Below, one piece after another: positions 8,535 through 17,800 of a stretch of 32,000 nt of DNA. The stretch comes from Gammaproteobacteria bacterium (GTDB lineage: Bacteria > Pseudomonadota > Gammaproteobacteria > JBIOEC01), in NCBI GenBank assembly GCA_965279305.1, contig OZ257143.1, positions 1,500,001-1,532,000 of the forward strand, in the 5' to 3' direction. A program made the position numbers and the translations under genes. The notes under the pieces were generated by a model. It did not search any database. It worked only from the letters and a program-made list of their open reading frames with translations, and was not told the DNA's origin. Every line of letters begins with the position of its first letter. Positions within the stretch are counted from its first letter, which is position 1.

Positions 8535-10658
8535 TTATTGGGGCGGACCTGCACCATTCCCTTTTTCTACTCTAGCAGGAGCAGGAGCGGCGCTTAGTTG
8601 TGGTAGTAAAAGCCTAGATAAGTCGAGAGAAGTATTATTACTGGACGCAGATCCAACAGGAGTACCTGCCATCTGTGACTGTAACCTAGCCACAGCTTCT
8701 TGTAGGGTATTGATGGTGTTAACCAAATCAGGAATGATTGAAAGTTGACTCTGAACATAAGCTTTATAAGACTCTGATATCGTACCGGCTAATGCTAAAT
8801 TTCCTATTTCTAATGCGAGTACCCTTGGCGTTTGGCCTAATGCATTTTTACTTTCTATGTTTGCACCTCTTCTAACAAGAAGCGATACCATCGCATCGTC
8901 TGCATAGAGAATAGCGATATGTAATGCAGAACCTATTAGGGGAGCGAGAGCATTAATATCTGCATGTAAATCAAGGAGCAGCTCTACAATAGGTGTTAAA
9001 CCCAAGTAAATGGCCCAATGCAAAGGTGTCCAACCATGTTCATCCGGATTATTTACGTTTATTGCTCCACGCACAATCAATCGTCTAATAACATCTGCTT
9101 TGGATTGAATAACAGCGAGATGTAATAGATTTCCCTGAGTAAGGTTCACAGGAGCTTCTATATTTAAAGATTCAACTAGTCTCAATACTTCTTCATATTC
9201 TTGAATAATTCTTTGATTAGCTGCTCTAAAAAGTTGATTGAGTTCATCTTTTTCTTGTGAAAATATTCTTGTATCTGCTTCTAGTTGAGCTGTTGCTTGA
9301 GCAAGTGGTACTCCTGTAAGCGGCGTGATGCCTTGATATGAGTATAGGTTGGAGGGGGAATAGGGGGTGCTTGAGGGAACTGGCGTTATTCTTTTTGAAT
9401 CTTTTAGTAATCGATTTTGATAGGTTTGTGTGTTAAAAAAAGGAGGGCTTGGGGGAGCATAATAGGGTTTGTTACAATCATCGGAATAAGTTAAATCAGT
9501 TTTTTGAACAGCCTCATGAACGGCATTAAAATAGTTTGTAAAAAGAGCACCACTACTATGAATATAAGAACAATGTCCCGAAACTATATAAGGGAATAGA
9601 GACACATTTAATGGATTCTTTTGTCTATTAGTAATTCCATCTCTAATAGCTTTAATTAGTTGTGTATAAATTTCTGAAAAACCTTTCTCTAAAGGTAAAC
9701 TTTTAGAAAGTACATCAAGGTGAGTGGTGGTAGTGACAAATGAAGGAATTTCCATATGCCCCATCAGTGCTGCTTGGACATTAAGGTCTACTAACTGCCC
9801 CAAAGAATGAGTTGTAGCGCTTAAACGATTTAACTCCACTCCGATTGTTTGTATTTCAGATAGATTTAATTCCTGACTTTGTTTTCGAGTCTCTTTAATC
9901 AAAGTAGAGCCCGCATTAGCGAAGGTATCAGAACGTGCATAAGGAGGAATAGTTGGTGACGGTTGTACTGGGGTTTTCAAATAAGTATCACCCATATCTC
10001 GTTCATACCATATTTCATCAAATTTTCTTTTTTGATTAGATTTTTTATATAGGTCTAGATATTTTTGAGCGATATCTGCTTTTCCAGGTATTGAAAATAA
10101 ATCTAGATTATCTTCTGTAAATTTTAGTTTTTTTAATGCCAGTGCCGCTTTTAAAAGTATTAAATATCTAGAAGAAAAAAGATTTTCTTTTTTTATTTTA
10201 ATATCAGGTATTTTTTTTGTGGGGAGAGCAACTTTAGCAGTTGCTTGTGGGGTGGCTCCATTTTCCAACAAAAGATCAACCATGGCTAGGTAGCCCTGAG
10301 AGGCTGCATGGTGGAGATAAGTATATCCTTCAGAATCTTTTACATTTAAATCTAATCTTAAACGCATTAATGATCTTGCTTCCGTAACATTTCCTTGTTT
10401 AACAGCATCTAATAATTCTTGCTCAAATCCTGCTCTATTATTTTCAATAAAGTCATTAATCGCTCGTTTTAATGCTAAATTCGGTACAACTATCTGATTA
10501 TCTAAGGCTAGATTTGTTCTTGGACTAGTATTATTTCCCTTAGAAAACCAGTCCGCGATTGCCGCTCTTTCATAGGATTCCCCATCAGTAGTAAATACAG
10601 GGTCAAGCATTATTTCGTGTGTAAGAGAGCAAATATATTCTTCTGGGATCCGTACCAT
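8535..10658 (-). CDS. Eukaryote-like U-box E3 ubiquitin ligase with N-proximal and C-terminal ankyrin-repeat blocks around a central ~350-aa region that matches no domain I recognise.
   Basis: 707-codon ORF starting at ATG 10658, with GAGGA 8 nt upstream. The N-terminus 'IPEEYICSLTHEIMLDPVFTTDGESYERAAIADWFSKGNNTSPRTNLAL..LVPNLALKRAINDF' is a textbook U-box. The ankyrin consensus appears as 'GYTYLHHAASQGYLAMVDLLLENGA' and 'GWTPLHWAIYLGLTPIVELLLDLHADINA..GSALHIAILYADDAMVSLLVRRGANIESKNALGQTP'. The tail is SAAPAPARVEKGNGAGPPQ. Confidence 0.9.
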   Translation of the reverse strand: MVRIPEEYICSLTHEIMLDPVFTTDGESYERAAIADWFSKGNNTSPRTNLALDNQIVVPNLALKRAINDFIENNRAGFEQELLDAVKQGNVTEARSLMRLRLDLNVKDSEGYTYLHHAASQGYLAMVDLLLENGATPQATAKVALPTKKIPDIKIKKENLFSSRYLILLKAALALKKLKFTEDNLDLFSIPGKADIAQKYLDLYKKSNQKRKFDEIWYERDMGDTYLKTPVQPSPTIPPYARSDTFANAGSTLIKETRKQSQELNLSEIQTIGVELNRLSATTHSLGQLVDLNVQAALMGHMEIPSFVTTTTHLDVLSKSLPLEKGFSEIYTQLIKAIRDGITNRQKNPLNVSLFPYIVSGHCSYIHSSGALFTNYFNAVHEAVQKTDLTYSDDCNKPYYAPPSPPFFNTQTYQNRLLKDSKRITPVPSSTPYSPSNLYSYQGITPLTGVPLAQATAQLEADTRIFSQEKDELNQLFRAANQRIIQEYEEVLRLVESLNIEAPVNLTQGNLLHLAVIQSKADVIRRLIVRGAINVNNPDEHGWTPLHWAIYLGLTPIVELLLDLHADINALAPLIGSALHIAILYADDAMVSLLVRRGANIESKNALGQTPRVLALEIGNLALAGTISESYKAYVQSQLSIIPDLVNTINTLQEAVARLQSQMAGTPVGSASSNNTSLDLSRLLLPQLSAAPAPARVEKGNGAGPPQ

Positions 10659-10809
10659 AATCTAGTTCCTCAAATTGCAATTTTTTTAGAATGTATAACT
10701 TTGATTGTAATATAACGCTTCTATGTAATCCACCTTTCAGAAGGAGAAGGGGTTATTTCGTCATTGCGGCTAATAATTTTGGAGTTGAAAAGGAGTTAAC
10801 ATAAAAATA

Positions 10810-11427
10810 TTATTTCAGGAATGGTTTAAGGGTAGGCCAAACATTATCTAAGATTTTTGGTTGTGCGCTAGCGGTGGGATGGAGTTGATCATTTTGTTTT
10901 AAAGCCTGATTATCTCCAACACCTGCTAGGAGAAAATCTACAAGACCGGTTTTATATTGATTGCTAAGCGCAGGGTAAATTGCCGCAAATTGTTGGGTAT
11001 ATTGAGGCCCATAATTGGGTGGAATCCGCATACCTAACAATATCACTTGGCTAGATTGCTGCTGACAGAGTTCGATCATTTGTGCAAGATTGGCTTGAAT
11101 GATTTTTATGGGCGTGCCGCGCAAACCATCGTTAGCGCCTTCTTCTAATAATACAATAGTAGGTTGGTGCTTTTTCAATAATTCTGGCAAGCGTTGTAAG
11201 CCTTCGGTCGTCGTGTTACCATCTATACTGGAATTCACCACAGTATAATTAGCGTGGTTTTCGTTAAGGCGTTCTTGTAGTAAGGCAACCCAGCCTTGTT
11301 GAGGATCAATTCCGTAAGCAGCGCTTAAACTATCGCCCACTACTAAAATAGTTTCATTACCATACACTATACTACTGAATATCAGTAATAATGAGCCAAA
11401 TAATTTAGCAATGAACAATTTAGCCAT
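10810..11427 (-). CDS. tesA: Periplasmic SGNH/GDSL hydrolase: acyl-CoA thioesterase I / lysophospholipase L1 (TesA).
   Basis: Block I is 'ILVVGDSLSAAYG'. Later blocks are 'EEGANDG' and 'DQLHP'. The signal-peptide-like N-terminus is [24 protein letters not shown] chose ATG 11427 rather than the longest ORF start at 11553. The gene is divergent from ybbA-ybbP, as in E. coli. Confidence 0.9.
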   Translation of the reverse strand: MAKLFIAKLFGSLLLIFSSIVYGNETILVVGDSLSAAYGIDPQQGWVALLQERLNENHANYTVVNSSIDGNTTTEGLQRLPELLKKHQPTIVLLEEGANDGLRGTPIKIIQANLAQMIELCQQQSSQVILLGMRIPPNYGPQYTQQFAAIYPALSNQYKTGLVDFLLAGVGDNQALKQNDQLHPTASAQPKILDNVWPTLKPFLK

Positions 11428-12079
11428 ATATTTGCAAGCAGTTAATAAAAGTGTTGCCATTCCTGATGGCAATTTAAACATCTTAGTGGATATCAATTTA
11501 AGCGTCAAATTAGGCACGAGTGTGGCGATTGTTGGGGAATCCGGCTCAGGCAAATCTACCTTATTGGCTTTGATGGCGGGATTAGATACACCAACCAGCG
11601 GTCGAATTATTTTGTTAGGTGAAGATTTAACCTATTTAACCGAAGATCAACGTGCTAAATTGCGTGCTAAGCGAATAGGTTTTGTTTGGCAAGCATTTAA
11701 TTTGGTACCTTATTTAACTGCAGTAGAAAATATCTTATTACCTTTATCACTGAGCAAAGAAGACAATGCCCATGAACGTGCAAAATACTGGCTAAATACA
11801 GTTGGCTTATCCGCACGTGCTACGCATTATCCTAAACAATTGTCAGGTGGTGAGCAACAACGGGTAGCTATTGCACGTGCGTTTGCGCTACAACCTGAAT
11901 TAGTATTTGCAGATGAACCAACAGGTAACTTAGATCAGAGTACAGGCGCTTTAATTTCAGAATTAATGTGGGAAATGAACGCTAAGCAGAAAACCACTTT
12001 GGTATTAGTAACACATGATTTAAAGCTGGCTGAACATTGTCAACATCAAATTCGTTTGGAGTCGGGGCAAATTATTTAA
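11411..12079 (+). CDS. ybbA: ABC transporter ATP-binding protein (YbbA, MacB/LolD-type).
   Basis: Walker A is GESGSGKST, the signature is [14 protein letters not shown], and Walker B is [12 protein letters not shown] with an H-loop VTHD. The gene sits directly upstream of the large FtsX-type permease. Confidence 0.92.
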   Translation: MNNLAIYLQAVNKSVAIPDGNLNILVDINLSVKLGTSVAIVGESGSGKSTLLALMAGLDTPTSGRIILLGEDLTYLTEDQRAKLRAKRIGFVWQAFNLVPYLTAVENILLPLSLSKEDNAHERAKYWLNTVGLSARATHYPKQLSGGEQQRVAIARAFALQPELVFADEPTGNLDQSTGALISELMWEMNAKQKTTLVLVTHDLKLAEHCQHQIRLESGQII

Positions 12080-12125
12080 TTATTCGTTATAGCATGAAAA
12101 ATGCTCGGTTAAGGAACTTCATGAT

Positions 12126-14618
12126 ATGAATTTTTCGTTATTATGGCTACTGATCCGTCGGCAATGGTGCACCAACAGTTTGCCATTACTAGCATTAGCA
12201 GTGATGATTGCAGTAGGCAGTTTAAGTACAGTCATGCTATTAACGAACCGTATGGAACAAGCTGTGGCACAGCAAACCAACGAAACAGTAGGTGCAGATG
12301 CTATTATAAAAAGTAATGATCCTATTGCTGAAGATTGGGTCATTAAAGCGCAACAATTCAATTTGCGTGCTTCTACTTCGGTTACTTTTCCTACTATGGT
12401 AAGTGTTGGCAATGATTTGCAATTATCAGCGTTAAAAGCGGTGGATGCAAATTATCCACTTTATCCAGGGTTGGTTACCACTCCGCCATTAGTTAAAAAT
12501 ATAAATGGACCCACCATTGCACCCGGAACCGTTTGGTTAGATCCCATTTTGCTTAACGATTTAAATGCTAAAGTAGGTGATACTGTACAAATGGGTGAGG
12601 CGAATTTTGTTATTGCGGGTGTTATTCAAGATGAACCTGATCGAAGTTGGCATTTTATTAATTTTTCTCCTCGTGCATTAATTGCTGAAGCAGATTTAGA
12701 TAGCACTCAACTCATTCAGCCAGGGAGCAATGCCACATATCAACTATCACTTAAAGGTGATGGGCAAGCGTTGCAAGCTTTCATTGCTTGGTTAAAACCG
12801 CAATTAGCATCCACTGAGCAAATCCTGACATTACAAGATACCCAGCCTCAATTAAATGCTATTATCGAGCGTTTGCAAAATTACTTTAGTGTAGTGGCAT
12901 TGTTTGCTGTAGCACTTGCCGGTATTGCTATTGCGGTAGTGGGAAGACATTACACGAGGCAACAATACGATATTTGTGCATTATTCCGCTGCCTAGGCGC
13001 TAGTCAAAATACTTATTTATATTGGCAAGGCGCGGTGTTAATTGCCGTTGGTATTTTGGGTGCACTGATGGGATGTGTAGTTGGCTATTTTATCCACTAT
13101 GCAGTTTTAGGAGCATTAAAAGTATGGTTAACGAGCGTGGGAGAATTACCTCCGCCGAAATTATGGTTGTTAAGTATCAGCGGGTTACAAGGTGTATTAA
13201 TCATGCTGGTTTTTGTTTTGCCTCCCTTATTGCGTTTGCGTGAAATATCACCGTTGCGTTTGTTGCGTAAAGACCTTACGCCCCCATCCCCGAATAATTA
13301 TATTACCTATGCTTTGGCTATTTTGGCATTAATCGGTTTGCTTATTTGGCAGACTCAGAAAATATGGTTATCTATGCAGCTGATTGGTGTTATTGTGGCA
13401 GGTGTTTTTTTATTATTTCCATTATTGTATTTTGTTATCAAAAGTATTCTCGTGCGTGCAAGCCGCAGTAAAAAAACATATGCTTATATCCATTTGTTAA
13501 GCTTACGATCCCAGATGGGTAATGCTATTTTACAAATTATTGCTACCACCTTAGTATTAACTTTGTTAATTTTATTACAAAGTTTACGTGCAAATTTATT
13601 GGATGAATGGAAAACCCAGCTGCCAGAAAATACGCCTAACCAATTTTTAATTAATGTATTGCCCACACAGATTGAACCCATCAGTCAGTTATTGGTAAAG
13701 CATCATATAGATGTACCGATATTTTATCCGATTGTTGTTGGCCGCTTGTATGCGAATAATGGTAAGCCTTTTAATATAAACGATTACCCTCCAGATGAAG
13801 TGCCAAATTCTTTGCGTCGGGCATTGCAGTTAACGTGGATGGATCAATTGCCTACGGATAATGTTATTGTCGCAGGTAAATGGTTTGCAACTGATGATAA
13901 AGCTGCTGCCATTTCCATGGATAAAGAAGTAGCGGATCAATTAAATGTGCAGTTAAATGATCATTTAACTTTTCTGATCGGGGAAGAAGAAATTATTGCA
14001 CCAGTTACCAGTCTTCGTGAGATCGAGTGGGGAAGTTTTCAACCGAATTTTTTCGTTATCTTTAAAAATGGAATAATCGATAAATTTTCACATACTTATA
14101 TTGCTAGTTTTTATTTGTCTGATATCAATAAAAATTTCCGGTATACATTTCATAACACATTTCCCAATGTCTCATTAATTGATATTGGTATTCTACTCAA
14201 AAATGCTGAAACTTTATTAGCCAGCGCCAGCAATGCTATCGAAATCACTCTATTGTTTAGTTTGGCTGCTGCTATTATGGTGTTAATCACGATTTTTTAT
14301 ACTAGTTTCCAGCAACGGTATTTAACTAATGCTATTTTACGCAGCCTAGGGGCTAGTTCTAGCCAGTTAATGGTAGCGATTTTATTAGAATATCTAGTAC
14401 TCGCTTTATTAAGTGGTATTATTGCTTGCTTCATGATCAATATCGCATGGTGGTGGTTGGCGACATATGTATTTAATTTTGTTTATCAAATTAATGGGGT
14501 AACCATTGTTTATACTTTATTGTTGTCAATTGCCATTTACGGTGCAATGGGTTTGTTAGGAGCTATGCATTTAATTCGTCCTTCGGCTCAGCGATTATTA
14601 GCCGCAGAATTAGTTTAA
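12126..14618 (+). CDS. ybbP: Large FtsX/MacB-type ABC permease (YbbP).
   Basis: 830-codon ORF with multiple TM segments and two FtsX-like 4-TM blocks. The N-terminus 'LLALAVMIAVGSLSTVMLLTNRMEQAVAQQTNETVGADAIIKS' parallels E. coli YbbP. AAGGA lies upstream of ATG 12126. The tesA / ybbA-ybbP synteny is conserved. Confidence 0.9.
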   Translation: MNFSLLWLLIRRQWCTNSLPLLALAVMIAVGSLSTVMLLTNRMEQAVAQQTNETVGADAIIKSNDPIAEDWVIKAQQFNLRASTSVTFPTMVSVGNDLQLSALKAVDANYPLYPGLVTTPPLVKNINGPTIAPGTVWLDPILLNDLNAKVGDTVQMGEANFVIAGVIQDEPDRSWHFINFSPRALIAEADLDSTQLIQPGSNATYQLSLKGDGQALQAFIAWLKPQLASTEQILTLQDTQPQLNAIIERLQNYFSVVALFAVALAGIAIAVVGRHYTRQQYDICALFRCLGASQNTYLYWQGAVLIAVGILGALMGCVVGYFIHYAVLGALKVWLTSVGELPPPKLWLLSISGLQGVLIMLVFVLPPLLRLREISPLRLLRKDLTPPSPNNYITYALAILALIGLLIWQTQKIWLSMQLIGVIVAGVFLLFPLLYFVIKSILVRASRSKKTYAYIHLLSLRSQMGNAILQIIATTLVLTLLILLQSLRANLLDEWKTQLPENTPNQFLINVLPTQIEPISQLLVKHHIDVPIFYPIVVGRLYANNGKPFNINDYPPDEVPNSLRRALQLTWMDQLPTDNVIVAGKWFATDDKAAAISMDKEVADQLNVQLNDHLTFLIGEEEIIAPVTSLREIEWGSFQPNFFVIFKNGIIDKFSHTYIASFYLSDINKNFRYTFHNTFPNVSLIDIGILLKNAETLLASASNAIEITLLFSLAAAIMVLITIFYTSFQQRYLTNAILRSLGASSSQLMVAILLEYLVLALLSGIIACFMINIAWWWLATYVFNFVYQINGVTIVYTLLLSIAIYGAMGLLGAMHLIRPSAQRLLAAELV

Positions 14619-14804
14619 ACATATCTTGTAGAGTAATTATCTGTTTTTATTGGAAATTGAGAATTTCCTTCGAAAACCTTTTTGCAAGCCGCTGACCACC
14701 CTGTTAATAGATTGAAATAGAATAATTTTAGTAGTAATGTATGTTTTTTATTTTATAAAGCATAGACATATTTAAGAAAGAATATTTAATTGAAGGAATG
14801 TATT

Positions 14805-17800
14805 ATGGGAAATGTTTTAGCTTCGAATAGAAATCTCAGAAATGGTAATGATTATTTTGAAGCTAATGATTTTGTTAAGGCGATAGCAGATTATGATGAT
14901 GCGATCGGGTTAAATCCAAGCAATGCAAAAGCATGGTTTCACCGAGGTGATGCTAAAAAAGCATTGGGAAAACATGCGGAAGCAATAGTTGATTATGATG
15001 AAGCTATCCGTTTAAATCGAAGGAATGCAAAAGCATGGTTTCATCGAGGAGAGGCTAAAAAAGCATTGGGAAAACATACGGAAGCAATAGTTGATTATGA
15101 TGAAGCGATTCGTTTAAAGCGCGATAATGAGGAAGCATGGTTTCACCGAGGTGATGCTAAAAAAGGATTAGGAAAACATGCGGAAGCAATAGTTGACTAT
15201 GATGAAGCGCTCCGGTTAAATCGAAGGAATGCAAAAGCATGGTTTCATCGAGGAGAGGCTAAAAAGGCATTAGGGAAATATACTGAAGCGATAGCTGATT
15301 ATGATGAAGCAATCCGTTTAAAGCCTGGCAATGTGGATGTATGGTTTTCTCGAGGGGACGTAAAAAAAATATTAACAAAATATGCTGAAGCGCTTGCTGA
15401 TTATGATGAAGCGATCCGATTAGATGTTAATTCTGGTAAAGTATTCTTTGGGCGAGCAGAGGTAAAGCAAAAGATGGGGCAGTATGATGCATCCATTAAA
15501 GATTACGATGAAGCGATTCGATTAGGACTTAATTCTGCAGTGGTGTTTTGGACTAGAGCAGAGGTAAAGCAAAAGATGGGGCAGTATGATGCATCCATTA
15601 AAGATTACGATGAAGCGATTCGATTAGGACCTAATTCTGCAGAGGTGTTTTGGACTAGAGCAGAGGTAAAGCGAAGGCTGGAGCGGTATGATGCAGCCAT
15701 TAAAGATTACGATGAAGCGATTCGATTAGGGTTTAACTCTCCAGAAGTGTTTTTGGGTAGAGCCGAAGTAAGATTCAAGCTAAATCAAAATAGCGAAGCT
15801 ATTTCAGATTATGTTGAAATTGAAAAAAAACTATATAAATTAGATAAGTTGTTGAAAAGAAGATGGTATTTAGGTTGTGCTGAAGTGAGGCATAAAATAG
15901 GAGGGTTGTCGAACGAAGAAGTGATAGTAAAATATTATAGCGAAGTTATTAGCTTAGGGTTTAAAACAGCTGATGTATTTTTTAATCGAGCCGAAGCAAA
16001 TTTCAGCATATTCCAATATGACGCTGCAATTGCGGATTACAATGAGGCCATTAGTTTAGGCATGAGTAATAAAGGTGAATTGTTTTTTGGAAGAGGAAGG
16101 GCAAAGCGCCACCTAAAGCAGCATGAACAAGCAATTACTGATTATAATAAGGCCATAAGCTTAGGGTTTAAAACAGCCGAGGTGTTTTTTTGGCGGGCAG
16201 TGTCGAAGCGCTGGTTAAAGCAGTATGAAAGCTCGCTGAGTGATTACAATGAGGCCTTTCGTTTAGGCATGAAAGGAGCAATAGGATTTTTTGATAGAGC
16301 CGAGGTAAGACGAGAATTAAAGCAGTATGAAAAAGCGATTGAGGATTATAATGAAGCCATTGCCGCTGATGATGATCTTATTCGTACAGAGTGGGAGGCG
16401 GTAGCTATTTTTACCCGAGCAGCGGGGTTCTTTGGTAGAGCAGAGGCAAAACGAGAATTAAAGCAGTATGAAAAAGCGATTGAGGATTATAATGAAGCCA
16501 TTGCCACTGATGATAAGGTGCTTGCTGCAAAGTGGGTGGGGCTGTTTTTTTTTAATCGACCATCATTGTTTTTGGGTAGAGCCGAGGTAAGACGAGAGTT
16601 AAAGCAGTATGAAAAAGCAATCGAGGACTATGATGAAGCTCTCCGCTTAAATTCAAATCAAAAAGAAGCTGAACCACAACTGATCCTTAAAGCTAAGGCA
16701 TTCCTTGGTAGAGCGGAAGCAAAATACAAGTTAAGGCGCTTCTCACAAGCGTTAAATGATTATAATAAAGTAGAACTATCTAGAATTGACATATCATTTC
16801 AGAGCAGATTTTATGCCGGTAGAGCGGAAGCAAGGAGAGAGGCAGGTGAATATCACAACGCCCGCGAGGATTATGATCAAGTCCTACGTTTAGGCATTAA
16901 AACAGCCGAGATATTCTTTGGCCGAGCGGAAGTAAGTCGAGAGTTAGGTCAGTATGAAAAATCGTTAGCGGATTATGATGAAGCGATCAAATTGGGCTTT
17001 AAAACAGGTGAGGTATTTTGTGGCCGAGCGGAAGTAAGACGAAAGTTAAAGCAGTATGAAAAAGCAGTGGCTGATGCAGATGAAGCGCTTCGCTTAGGGT
17101 GTAAGACGGGGAAGGTATTTTGGGACAGAGCACAAGCATGGAGAGCATTAGGTCAGAATGAAAAGGCGCTGCCGGATTATGAGGAAGCGATCCGCTTAGG
17201 AATTAAAGATGCCGGTGTGTTTCGAGGCAGAGGAGCCGCCCACTTAGATTTAAAACAGTATGAAAAAGCGTTGGCTGATTTGAATGAAGCGCTCCGCTTA
17301 AAGTATGAGCCAGCTTCAGAGATATTTTGGCTCAGAGGGTATATCAAGTTACTGTTAGAACGGTATGAACAGGCGGCGCTTGATTTAGATGAGGGCATTC
17401 GCCTAGGGCATAAGCCAGTTGAAGATGTATTGATCTATAGGGCATTTGCGAGACTAAAATTAAAGCAGTATAAAGAGGCGCTGGTGGATTATAATGAAAT
17501 GATCCGCTTAGGAGTTAAGACAGGTGAGGTATTCTGCAACAGAGGAGAAGCGAAGCGCGAGTTAAAACAATATGAGCAAGCGGTAGCAGATTACGATGAA
17601 GCTATCCGACTAGGTCTTAAAACAGCAAAGGTATTTTTTGGCCGAGCGGAAGTGAGACGACAGCTTGGAAGCCTCATACAAACTCAAAAAGCCCTAGAAG
17701 ATTATGATGAAGCTATCCGCTTAGAACTTAATACACCTGAGGTATTTTTTGGCCGAGGAGAAGCAAGGAAAGCGCTACAGCAGTATGAAAAAGCGTTGGA

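Noticed and set aside
11428-11553. N-terminal 42-codon extension of the tesA ORF (longest-ORF start at 11553).
   Set aside because: The extension would bury the signal peptide and overlap 143 nt of ybbA. The internal ATG at 11427 yields a canonical signal peptide directly before the GDSL block, as in E. coli TesA.
14652-14668. Perfect 7-bp inverted repeat GGAAATT-gag-AATTTCC, 34 nt after the ybbP stop, as a possible rho-independent terminator.
   Set aside because: The stem is entirely AT-rich apart from the GG/CC ends. It is not followed directly by a U-run (ttcgaaaaccttttt). Stability is probably too low, so I did not call it as a feature.
14922-16640. Regularly spaced direct repeats that could be mistaken for a CRISPR array or a minisatellite.
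   Set aside because: The periods (102 and 141 bp) are multiples of 3. The repeats are contiguous without unique spacers, and they sit in frame inside a long ORF, each encoding one TPR unit. They are coding tandem repeats, not CRISPR.
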